NCBI GenBank assembly: GCA_043228905.1
Contig: JBHGNT010000141.1
Coordinates: forward strand, 1-64,000
Length of the DNA: 64,000 nt
Reading direction: 5' to 3'
Origin: Azolla caroliniana
Lineage: Eukaryota > Plantae > Polypodiophyta
Shown here: piece by piece, positions 26,996 through 38,678 of the stretch
Position numbering within the stretch: position 1 is the first letter of the stretch
How the letters are laid out: each line of letters begins with the position of its first letter
Notes under the pieces: model-generated
Told to the model about the DNA's origin: nothing
Databases searched by the model: none
The model's input: only the letters and a program-made list of their open reading frames with translations
Program-made: the position numbers and the translations under genes

Positions 26996-27339
26996 CAACA
27001 AATTGGTAATTGACTTCGTTCCATTTTGCATCTCCCTTTTGCTGACGAAACCGCCGACCCTCTAAATTTTTGTCGCAGTCATTCTACCTAGTCTTTTGTT
27101 GATTATTTGAAGTATTTCCTTCCCTATCAGAATTGGGGTTCAAATAGAAGTCAAAGAGTAAACTAAATTAATGATAAGAAATACTAATATACACAAGAGA
27201 TTCGTTAGACAAATATACAAAAAAACACATGGATAAGTTTGGGGAATTACCAAACAAAAAAGTAGTTGCCATAAAAAGATCTAGTATTTAGCATTACCGC
27301 CCTTCTCAAGCAACAAAAATTAGACCCTTTTCACTAGGA

Positions 27340-27478
27340 ATCGCAATACATTGGGCTATCTGTTCCTTGAGAGGCTTAGCAAGTAGATATGTTATGTAAC
27401 TGGGACTTGCTTTGGGAACCATACACGAGTTACTGGGCATGCTAATTTTATATCCCATTTGGTATCTTCGATTCTGGA
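27340..27478 (-). pseudogene. rpoC1: Plastid rpoC1 exon-1 fragment (NUPT)
   Basis: With small indels translates as [45 protein letters not shown], matching recalled rpoC1 [38 protein letters not shown].LVYCD. Confidence 0.88.
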
Positions 27479-30400
27479 AGGTTTGGTGTGTCCAACGAAG
27501 GTTCATCCCATGGAACAAACATGAAGAAAGGTTATGGTTTGTCACAATCCCACAACCATCGGCTCACAACTTGGTTTGTTTCACTACTCGTGACTCGCTA
27601 GTGAAAAACCAACACTACTCAATGGATGGATGGATAGATAATAGATGTATGTATGTATTTTCTCTTTAGCTTTGGATAAGTTTTGGCGACTTAAAAATGC
27701 ACTTTAGATTCAGGATTTCAATTTGATTACGGGTTCAATTGGACCATTCTCAAATATTAAGAATTACAGATAACCAACAATCCATGGTAGCCTGTAAATT
27801 CAATGATTAACTATACAACAAGGTAGGCAAATTGGTAAAATTCTTCACATCAAAAAGAATTTTGTATTCTAGTTTGACCATGCAAGCACTGGCAAAAATT
27901 GACACCTGCTACTGGTGGGTAGAAATTATACTCAGAGTTTGATGACGACCGTGCTATTCATCGATAGGATTTTGTTCCTTAAAATGGTGTCTTTTGTTCA
28001 GGAACTCAAGATTGGCAATTGTCACAAGGTTCTGATGTTGCACATGTAATCGACAAAGAGTCATGAGGGGGCTGTTGTTCATGTCTCATCAGAATTTCTT
28101 GAAGATGTGGCGTCCAGTGCATGATATGATCGACATTATCAGTCACCCCAACCATATGTGGAAATTGAATTGTAGTCAAAGTCTTCATATAATATTTTTT
28201 CCTAATTATTTTTAAGCCGCCACATAAAATTTTATAGAAGGCTGATACTCCTTTTTCCATGAGGCTGATGAATCATGCATAAAATATAGGATGATGATTT
28301 GTTTTTTTTTTCACATGGGCAGTGCCACTTTTCACCTAAAATTCTAAAATTGATTAGAACTTGAAAACAGATGAGAAAATGTTTTGAAAACAAATTTTAG
28401 AAATTGAACAAAAATCTTTATTCTAAGGCACTTGAAGGACTTGACCTCAACACATCATTGTACTGAATTATGTACTTCAGCCATTTCTCTAGGAGCATTG
28501 TGCCTTCTTCAAACCCTTATGTGTACATCTTTTGTTTTGGCTATTACTTGTCTATTTGTTTATATTTTTCTGTTTCTCATGTGTCATTGTATGGAGTTTG
28601 AAAATTGACAATAGAGAAAGAATGTTGGATGCTATTGAGTGTGCTATAAGGTAAATTATGAGACTGTGAATTGGATTAATCTCTTAGATATATCAGATAA
28701 AAAAGATCGAAAGCACATACATATGCTCCCGTACACATTTTTTTAGCAATTGTATGATGGGCACCAAGATGTCCATATTGTGCACAAAACCCATGATTAG
28801 AAACACACATATATACACATATGCAAACAAGGTTTGGAAATGTGTTTTTGTAGAGTCAAGCTGAAGCCAAGGTATGAAATTCAGTTGGATTTGGAAGAGC
28901 TGGGAGTGCATCATAGTGACCATTAGTATTTACTAGTAGCAATAAGGTGAGACTTACTATTGAGTGAAGCAACTTATCCATCTTGGTATTAAGGAATAAA
29001 GTTGCTCTTATCAACCTTTGGTCGTTACTACAAACCTTCATAGTAAGTTCATCTCATATGAAGAAATCCATCAGTATGGAGAAGTAATCATTCAAGATTC
29101 ACTTAAAAGGATTTCAGTTTCTCTCAGTGGATGTGGACTATAGATAATAGATATTGTAGCTTGGTTAACTATAATCAAGCTTGAGATTGTTAGATCAAGT
29201 TATGGTTTGTCTCATATTCTTAGGATAAAGTCACTAACTTATTTCTCTATTGGATAATCACAACCCCTCAACCTCGAACCTCCCTATCTCTCTTCATGAA
29301 CTCTTGTATTACTGCACGATTTCTGTGGATTATTTACATCAGGAACTCTTGTATCAAAATATCGGGCTTAATCGTCATGCCTTAGTTGCATGATACATGA
29401 AGTATTGAATAATAAGAAGTGATGAAAGATAGAGTAGACATTCAATACTGTTCAATATGTAAGTTTCGTTTTTCAAATGCATGATTGAAGATGGTGCCCC
29501 ATAACAAACCCATTAATGCATTTACTTGAAAATAAATGCTCAATATTGATGATAATCACATAAATATTGGTGAATTTTTTGTGATTAACATCAATATTTT
29601 GAGTAGTATGTTAAGGATTATATTGTAGTGTAGATCAAAATGTGCAATAACCTCTCTTGTATGATTGATAAAGTTGTCTGCTTTTTCTCAGTTTAATCGT
29701 GCGAAAAATGAATGTTTAACAAACATCTCAAACAATGTCTCATTATATTATGAAATTTAAATGTCTTTCAAATATGAGGAATGAGAACAAGCTTAAGCTT
29801 GAATTGGGTTATTTCTACATGAGCCCAAAACAACCTTTTTCTTGCAAATTTAGTGATGATGTTACTAAAATTCCCTTGGCTAAATCTTGGGATGTTATAT
29901 CCGTGTACTAGTGATGAACCTTTGTTTCCTTGTTTTTCATGTGATAAAATCATCTTCTACCTCTTCTTCCAAACATTGTAAAAAGGTGGTTGCATGTCAT
30001 GAAAATGCTCTCTTCTTACTTTAGGTGTTTGCGAGCTCATTCTCTCATACGAAACTCTACATCCAAACATTATGAAAAGGTGGTGTAAGTTATGAAATGT
30101 TTGGTTGATTGTTTTGTGCATTACCAAGGGTGAAAGAAATTGTAGAGGTTTATGACTTTCGCCCTTGGCAACAATGATTTCATATATCCTTATATAGAAG
30201 CTCACATACCAACTTACAAATGAGCTTCTTGTTTAGTCTCAAATAACAAGTACATATGATTTCAAAAATCCTTGTAGAGGCTTACATTGCAAAGGAGCAT
30301 GTTGTTTAGTTTCTCAGAAGAAGTAGATAACTCCATAAATATTGTTTTCATTGCATTTTTGGATCATAGATGGACAATTGTAACCCGCATAGAGTGCATT

Positions 30401-31351
30401 TCCCAATTTGTACCATCCATGTGATTGCACTAAAAGGAACTTAGTCAACGACCAATTGAGGAATTAGGCCATTATGGAATGGTGACAAAAAGGGCATATC
30501 ATAATCATGGGTTTTACTAATTAAACAAACTTGAATGCATGAGAGGCAATTTAGCTTAACTTCCAATATTTCAAAGTAAGTTTAAACCCGTACATGTTAT
30601 TGTGGGTTTCTTTGGCATTCCTTTAATTTGAAGGTAAATGTTCATGTTATGTTTTTCCTTCTCTTAACAAAATAAAGGCAGTAAATATGTAGGCAAAATC
30701 TAGTAAGAAATACGTTCTACTTGGCCCAAAAGTACGTAATGGATTGAGTGTGAAAAAAGACCTCGGTAGGAACACATCACGTCTTACAACTTTGATGCAA
30801 CAAAATTTATCTTCTCAAGATCAATTCTCCACAAGGAGTAAAGAAGTGGGCGAAGAGAGTAGTTCCTACTCATTAATAATGTAGGTACGCAAGCATTGAT
30901 GAGCTTTTGATCTACCCAACTCATGGGTATGAAAAAAGAACGACAACCAGAGAATCCACGCCACGTGTATGTGAATGGTGGAGGCAAGATAGCAAAGACG
31001 ATTTTTGTTTCTTTTTTTGCGATCCATCGGGGTATACAGGAAAAGAACGACAATACGACCATTCGTTCCGACGATAGTTGCCCCCTAGACGAGCAAACCA
31101 GGTCATGTCAAAGCAGGACGACCGTGTTATCCTGCTTTTTCTTTCTTTCCCGTCTTTCTCTTTTTATTTTTTTGGTTTCTCTGGTTGATCGTGCTGTGAA
31201 GGAAAACTAATGGGGGGGAGCAAAGTGTGGTCGTGGAGCTGGAGATAGCTTTTGCCAGGGATTGGTGTATAAATCCTTTGTTAATGAAACATCCTCTCTA
31301 GAGAATTACCATTCTTATAGGTTAGGTGTCTCTTTTTCTCACTCTCTCACT

Positions 31352-31355
<4 letters not shown>

Positions 31356-31411
<56 letters not shown>
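31356..31411. repeat. (CT)n microsatellite in the putative 5'-UTR intron of the G-beta gene
   Basis: Directly visible; candidate intron 31321 (GTTAGG) to 31633 (TTTGCAG). Confidence 0.85.
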
Positions 31412-31412
<1 letters not shown>

Positions 31413-31763
31413 ATTCATTAGAAATTTAGATGAACTAACTGAGTTTGGGCCAAAAACACACATAGAAGAAAAAAAACACTCTAAGGAAACCAAAAAGAAA
31501 GGGATAAAAAGACACACACAACACAACAAAACAAAACACAAAGGGAAACCAAAAGAAAGGGAGAAACAGGGGAAAACAGAGTCCTTTTCCTCATTTCTCT
31601 TCTTTCCCCCAATCCTTGCATCTTCCTTTGCAGTTGTATGAAGAAGATGAGAATCAAAGGTGCCATGAAGGAACATGATCTTCTGCAATCCCTTTGGATT
31701 TAGCCCTCATTGATTCAGACTCTGCCCAAAAAAGCAGAGACTTTCTTTGCTCTTCATCGATCT

Positions 31764-34700
31764 ATGGCCACTCTTTCTGAATTCCATCATCAAGCAAAAT
31801 CAAAGGCCTCCAGCTTGAGAGAGAAAGTTGAACAGAAACGTTCCCAGCTTATTGATACCGATGGTTGGTTCTCTGTTCCCATTTTCCTTTATTGGTTGTT
31901 TTAGATTTCTTTAGGTTTTGCTTTTTGGTTGTTTCTAGGCATGCCCAAAGAGCAGTGCTATTGGGTGTTTTAGTTACATTTTTGTTTTCCACATGAAGAC
32001 AGGAAAATCTCTGATGTTTTTCTTGTTTCTCAACTTACCCCTGGGCTTGACATGTGAAGCATTTTTGTGCGTTGCTTTGCTTTTTTATTTGTGATCCTTA
32101 TAACTCGATTTTGTATCTGTTTAACAGTTTCTTCTTATGCCCGAGCGAATGGAATGATACCCGTGAAATTCCAGCCGAACGGTTTTGTCTGTTGCCGAAC
32201 GCTTAGAGGGCATACAGGCAAAGTACATATTGGTGGTTCTATTTACTGAATTTTGTGCCATTCTAATAGAAAAAAAAGGAACCCAACTATATACTCTAGA
32301 AAGCACAAAAATATTAGTCTAATATTTTCAGTTTTCACAAATTTTAACTTTGTTCTGGAAAATGTTACTCAGTAAATTCTTGTTAATTTATCAAATCTTT
32401 TGAACAACTTCATTGTAAAAAAATTAATAAAAAATTTCCACAAGCCATGAGAAATGGCCATTTTGGGGAATATTTTTGTTAGGTTTTAATCAGTATAAGC
32501 TTTATTGTTGTGCAAAATATGCCATGTTGCCAATGCTGAGGCCATGGATTGAATCTATTTTCGAAACAAACCTTAGAGATTTTCACAACTTTGTAATAGC
32601 CTGAAAATGGTTGTCCCTAATGTAAGGGCACAAGATTCATTTTGCAAAGAATGCATAATATGCTCTTCATTGGCCTAATGTGTCCATCATTTAACAATTC
32701 ATAGTCTTAATTGGCTTGCATTAATAAAAACAATGCTAGTTCTACTAGCTCACGATGACATAGAATACTAAATAACATCAGATGACTCAAAAACAGAGTA
32801 TGAACTTTTTCATTATTATTGCAGGTCTACTCATTAGACTGGGCACAAGGGAAAGAACGAGTTGCAAGTGCTTCACAAGATGGTCATTTGATCGTTTGGA
32901 ATGCCTTAACAGGTCAAAAGACACACTCTATAAAGCTCACCTGTTCATGGATAATGACATGTGCCTTCTCTCCCAGTGGGAAAGCAATAGTTTGCGGAGG
33001 GTTAGATTGTGTTTCGTCCATCTATACATTGAACTCTGTTAAAGGGAGTGTCACTTCTGAACCAAAGATACTAAGAGGGCATAAAGGCTACATTTCTGGC
33101 TGCAAGTTCGTACCTCATTCAGATAGGGAGATCATTACGAGCTCTGGTGACAGCACATGTGCATTGTGGGAGATAGAGAGTGGTCGAAAAGTCATCGATT
33201 TTGGTGGTAATTTGGCATTGGGTCACAGGAGTGATGTGCTGAGGTGAGTCGATTCATCCCTTTGAGAAAACCCAATATTTCTGCCTGTGGTTTTGGCACT
33301 TATTGCATGAAGTTGGTGTACCAAGCCATATCCAGTACCTAACAGGGTTGGTGCTAAACCAACTTTTCCATAATGTTCACAAATGCATATATACCACACA
33401 GCACCATACCTTACATGCATATATACATACATACATACATACCGACATCCCATACCCACATACACACTCACCTTTGTACATTGACATACATATTGTGCAT
33501 ATACTTGGTCCTCTGTAAAGCCATCCATTACCATAACATACTATACTATACATGTATACCTACATTCCTACATACATATATCATGCTGTCCATTCTATCC
33601 CACAATACATTCAGACATACATCCATGACATCTACACACACAAACATACATCCACTGAAGTGATGGAAATAAAGTCTGATCAGTATATCCATTTCCTGGC
33701 AGCTTATCTGTCAGTACAGCAAATCCAAAGCTGTTTGTATCAGGTTCATGTGACCAGACAGCACGGTTATGGGACATGCGCATCAATAAATCGGTACAGA
33801 CTTTCCATGGCCATGAAGAAGATGTCAATACCGTACAGTTTCTCTCAGATGGCATTACATTTGGTACTGGGTCTGATGATAGCACATGTAGAATATTTGA
33901 TACACGCACAGGACATCATCTACAAGGATACAGAGATCAGTCTTTATCTGCTCAAAAAGCTAAGGCGCTTTCAATAGCTTTCTCGAATTCAGGGCGTCTC
34001 CTTTTTGCAGCATACTCTAATGGAGATTGCTACATATGGGATAGTATCACAGCTGAGGTATCAGTTATTTTTACTCATATGTTTTTATGATTGTGTTTTG
34101 GGATCTGACTATTAGTTGAGAAACAAGACATGACACGCTAAAAAGCACAATATTAAAGCATTCCAAATACAATTTACACAGAGAACTACATTAGGTTTCT
34201 GTTAGGTAACCTCAATGTGAAGGGAAACACAAAAAAAATGATTGACGGCGAAATGATTATATATATGTCTGTATGTGTGTGTGCACACACATATGCATGT
34301 ATGCACAATTTATTATTGTATACACATGCATGTAAACTTATTTCTGGAAATTTCACATTTTATCAATCGACAAGTCACTGTATAACTGGTAAACTGCAAG
34401 GTTTATAGACTTTGAGGTCATGGATGGGAACTCAATAAGCTAATTATTGGTTAGGACATATTTCTGTGGGAATACAGTTTAGTTTTTGTACATCCTTGGA
34501 AATGACACTACATGGCAATGCAGATACAATATATATATATGTATTTATGTAGATAGGTAAATATAGATATACACTCATGCACACGTTCGCATATTCACAC
34601 TCATACACTTGCATACACAAAGTAATATGCATACTTGCACAGGTGTACAAACACACATATATAGAGAGAGTTTGGCTTTCAGGTTGTCAGTAAGATGAGG

Positions 34701-34926
34701 AACCTGCCGCAATACCACACACAAGTTGTAAGTTGCATAGGTCTAGCATCTGATGGAAGTGCCTTGTGTACAGGGAGCTGGGACCAAACACTGAAGGTTT
34801 GTGATATTTTTATGTATAGATGGATGCTAATGCATGTATATAATTTGGTTATTGTTGTTTATCTTCTATGTTATTTTTGTGCAGATTTGGACATCCAAAG
34901 GCACAATAACGAAGGCTTTTGGTTGA
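31764..34926 (+). CDS. AGB1: Heterotrimeric G-protein beta subunit (WD40), AGB1-like, 6 exons, ~374 aa
   Basis: Exons 31764-31863, 32128-32222, 32825-33243, 33703-34057, 34683-34796, 34885-34926 (1125 nt, all GT-AG). Motifs LIDTDV, CCRTLRGHTGKVYSLDW, SASQDG, WIMTCAFSP, CGGLD, SGSCDQTARLWD, GHEEDVNTV, GTGSDD, ALCTGSWD. Confidence 0.95.
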
Positions 34927-35844
34927 GAGGTTGTGTGTATGCAATTTGCAAATCCATCCTAACTCAATGAACACAAGCAATGGTGTGACCGTGAACATGC
35001 GACTTTACATAATTGTGATTTTGTATCCTACCCTTACATCATTTATGTACATCATTTCTCTGAAACTATAACGATGATTCATATCAAATGTTTTTTTGGT
35101 GTATTGTCCAGAGCCTCAGGAGTAGTATAGTAGATACAGATGGATACCATTTTCTTGAGCATGTGGACATTTGTGTATAAGTTTTTACAATTGTCTATTT
35201 GTTGCTTTTATTAAAATGCTGTTTTAAGATGGTTTATCTGACCACAAACCAATGGAGAAGCTTACAACGTGCATTTGACAAATTTAACAAATGGAGACAC
35301 TTATTTGACCAACTCAACAAATGATTTCCCTAGTGTTCATGCATGGTAGAAGAATATCTCATATTGTTCAATGATTTGAGGCCACATCACACCTTGAGGT
35401 TATAGAAAGTGAGGTTGTCGAGCCACTTCTTATGGCTGGGTTTTTTTAGGTGTGCATGGATTTCAGACTAAACATATGCAATTACTAAAGACTTTTGAAC
35501 TGCAAAACACAATTATGGTGAAGAAGTGGAGGCACATTATTGATCTTGTAAGATCTTAGCCCTCCATTTGCCTATCACTAGTTTAATTGCACTGAACACA
35601 ATATACAGGTTCAAAAGTCCAAAACATTTGCCCAAAGCACACATCTAGATTATGTATGAGTCTAGGAGATTTTTATGGATGCATTGTTTTGCATGATGTT
35701 ATTGTCGCAACACTTTTACTAGGGCAAACAAAATTTCCTTGTTATAGAAGAATCTATTGTTTATACGTGTGTGTGTGTGTGTGTAGGAGGGAAGTTGGAC
35801 CACATTCACAATGAACATAATTAATGTTGTATTTGAAATCTCAA

Positions 35845-35935
35845 CTTGTGGAATGTAGTACGATGGTGCTATGAGGTTATAGAGGCAATGCTTGTATACA
35901 AGTACATGAACAATGGTAATTTGGATGCTTATGTG
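35845..35935 (+). pseudogene. Receptor-like kinase fragment (subdomains IV-V)
   Basis: NVVRWCYEVIEAMLVYKYMNNGNLDAY resembles the RLK consensus NLV.L.GWC.E..E.LLVYEYM.NGSLD. Confidence 0.55.
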
Positions 35936-35982
35936 ACGGTATGTCTATACATCAAATTTTATTTATATATATGTCTATACAT

Positions 35983-36798
35983 CCAATTTTATAAATATAG
36001 ACAAAGAACAAATGATCCTTGCAAAGAACGAATGCAAGCTAATGCGTATATCATGAATGTAGCAAACAAGAAATTTGAAAGGGAAAGGGGACATGCCATA
36101 TATAGCGAGATAGAGATTGTCTTACTTGTGTGGCCTTATAATTGTGTAGCCATAAACCACCTCTTGCTAGACCAACAACAATGCTTACAAATCTAGTAGA
36201 GTCCCACTTCAGCAAATATGGAACAAATATAGGTCCAATTTTATAAATATAGACAAAGAACAAACGATACGTGCAAAGAACGAACCACAAGCTAATGCAT
36301 ATATCATGAATGTAGAAAACAAGAAATTTGGAAGGGAAATGGGACATGCAATCTATAGTGAGATAGAGATGGTCTTACTTGTGGCATTATGATTGTGTAG
36401 CCATAAATCACCTCTTGTTAGGCCAACAACAATGCCCATGCCAAATCTAGTAGAGGTCTACTTCTGCAAATATGCAACAATTACAGGGCCATATTTAAAA
36501 ATATAGACGAAGAACAAACGATCCTTGCAGAGAACGAACCACAACCTAATGCATATATCATGAATGCAGCAAACAAGAAATTTGGAAGGGAAATGGGACA
36601 TGCCATCATCTATAGTGAGATAGAGATTGTCTTATTTGTGTGGCCTTGTAATTGTGTAGCCATAAATCACCTCTTGTTAGGCCAACAACAATGCCCATGC
36701 CAAATCTAGTAGAGGCCTACTTCTGCAAATATGCAACAATTACAGGGCCATTTTTATAAATATTGACGAAGAACAAAAGGATCCCTGCAGAGAACGAA
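35983..36798. repeat. ~255-bp tandem repeat, about 3.2 copies
   Basis: Unit start CCA(A/T)..TT..AAATAT.GAC.AAGAACAAA at 35983, 36235, 36489 and 36748. Confidence 0.92.
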
Positions 36799-36824
36799 CG
36801 TGGCCTGCAAGAATCCATGGCGTG

Positions 36825-38453
36825 ATGCCCCCTTCTCCATCCATCCTAAACCTTATTCTTGGAGGAGAATCACGCCTGCCTCTCGCTTTGTATCAGAGAA
36901 TCCATCACAATTGTGGATATGTAGGTTCACGAACATGTGTGGCTTTGCTAAAGGTGTGTGGTCACCTCAAAGACCTAAATACAGGGTGTAGATTGCATCA
37001 TCATGTTTTCTTCAAAGATTTTATGAAAGATAACGCCTTTGTTACGAGTGCATTGATCCATATGTATGCCACATGTGGTTCGCTCGACAAGGCAAGAGAA
37101 ATCTTCGATATGCTTTCGACCCGCAATGTGGTCACCTGGAATGCGATGATCGGAGGATATGCACACCATGAATATAGTGAAGAGTCTTTATATTTTTATG
37201 AAGAAATGAAGCTTCAGCATGTGTTACCTGATGTGGTTACATTTGCTTGTGCTCTAAAAGCATGTGGCTCTATTGCTAACCTCGAAACAGGGATTGAAAT
37301 ACATGTAGAAATATCTAGAAGAGCATTATTGAGAAGAAATATCTTTCTTGGTAGTGCATTAGTTGATATGTATGCCAAATGTGGTATGCTAGTTAAAGCA
37401 CAAGAGGTTTTTAACACACTTGAGGTGAGAAATGTTGTCACTTGGACATCGTTGATATCTGGATATGCACAATATGACCATGGTGAGAAAGCACTAGACT
37501 GTTTTGAGCAGATGAGATCTGATGGTACCTCACCGAATCTTGTTACGTATACTTGTAGTTTGAAAGCTTGTGCGGGTATTGGAGCTATAGAAATGGGCAT
37601 AAGAATACATGGTGAGATTTCTAACAAGGGTTTGTTGAAAGCAGATGTTGGTATTGGTAATATATTAATAAATATGTACACTAAATTTGGTATGATATCA
37701 AAAGCTCAAGCAGTGTTTAACTCTCTTCCAAATCGGAACTTAATTACTTGGACTTCATTGATAGCTGGATATGTTCAACATGGATATGGAAGGGCAGCAC
37801 TAAAGTACTACGAAAAAATGCAAGCTAATGGAATATATCCAGATGCAATAACATATGCTTGTAGCTTGAAGGCATGTGGTAATATAGGGGCGATAGATAA
37901 GGGTAGGAAGATACATTTGGAGATAGATCGAAATGGATTACTATCAAAGCACAACCTTACTCTTGGTTGTGCGCTCATCAATATGTATTCAAAATGTGGT
38001 TTTCTTGAGAAAGCTCAGCAAGTGTTTGACGCACTTCCTATTCAAAATTCATTCACATGGAATGCTCTAATTTCTGGATATGCTCAATGTGGAGAGATTG
38101 AAGATATCACATCTTATTTTGACATGATGATACAAAAAGGCCATAAGCCAGATCCAATCACTTTTTTGAGTATCTTGAATTCTTGTAGTCATGCAGGTCT
38201 AATAGAGAAGGGACAAACATATTATCATGTGATGGCCCAGGTTTATGGTATCATACCTAATATTCTCCACTATGCATGTTTTATTGATGTTTTGGGACGG
38301 GCAGGTCAATTGGATAAAGTAGAGGCAATGATCCTGAAAATCCCCTTTTGTCCCAATACCGGTCTTTGGCTTTCTATGTTGGGTTCTTGTAAAAAATGGT
38401 GTGATGCAGATCTTGAGAGATATGCCTTCAAACACGTGGTTGAAATTGAATGA
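36825..38453 (+). CDS. PLS-class pentatricopeptide repeat protein with shortened E domain (probable organellar RNA-editing factor), intronless
   Basis: ~542-aa ORF with repeated ALVDMYAKCG / RNVVTWNAMIGGY / TFACALKACG triplets ending HYACFIDVLGRAG...WLSMLGSCKKW; no DYW domain; start uncertain. Confidence 0.88.
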   Translation: MPPSPSILNLILGGESRLPLALYQRIHHNCGYVGSRTCVALLKVCGHLKDLNTGCRLHHHVFFKDFMKDNAFVTSALIHMYATCGSLDKAREIFDMLSTRNVVTWNAMIGGYAHHEYSEESLYFYEEMKLQHVLPDVVTFACALKACGSIANLETGIEIHVEISRRALLRRNIFLGSALVDMYAKCGMLVKAQEVFNTLEVRNVVTWTSLISGYAQYDHGEKALDCFEQMRSDGTSPNLVTYTCSLKACAGIGAIEMGIRIHGEISNKGLLKADVGIGNILINMYTKFGMISKAQAVFNSLPNRNLITWTSLIAGYVQHGYGRAALKYYEKMQANGIYPDAITYACSLKACGNIGAIDKGRKIHLEIDRNGLLSKHNLTLGCALINMYSKCGFLEKAQQVFDALPIQNSFTWNALISGYAQCGEIEDITSYFDMMIQKGHKPDPITFLSILNSCSHAGLIEKGQTYYHVMAQVYGIIPNILHYACFIDVLGRAGQLDKVEAMILKIPFCPNTGLWLSMLGSCKKWCDADLERYAFKHVVEIE

Positions 38454-38678
38454 GATGAATCTTTCACCTTATAGCTGTATATAGAACATTTTTATGCACA
38501 TGCAAATTTAGTAGAGGGAGTTGGCATCATGTCAACGAAGCTAATGCCAATATCTCCTTGTGCGTTAATTTTTAATAAAACACAATATCAGAATTTTAAT
38601 GATAAATATTTCATTTATTGACTTGATGAGAATAATGGTATATTAATTACACTGTCACAAAAATAGGGAGGGGGGTGA

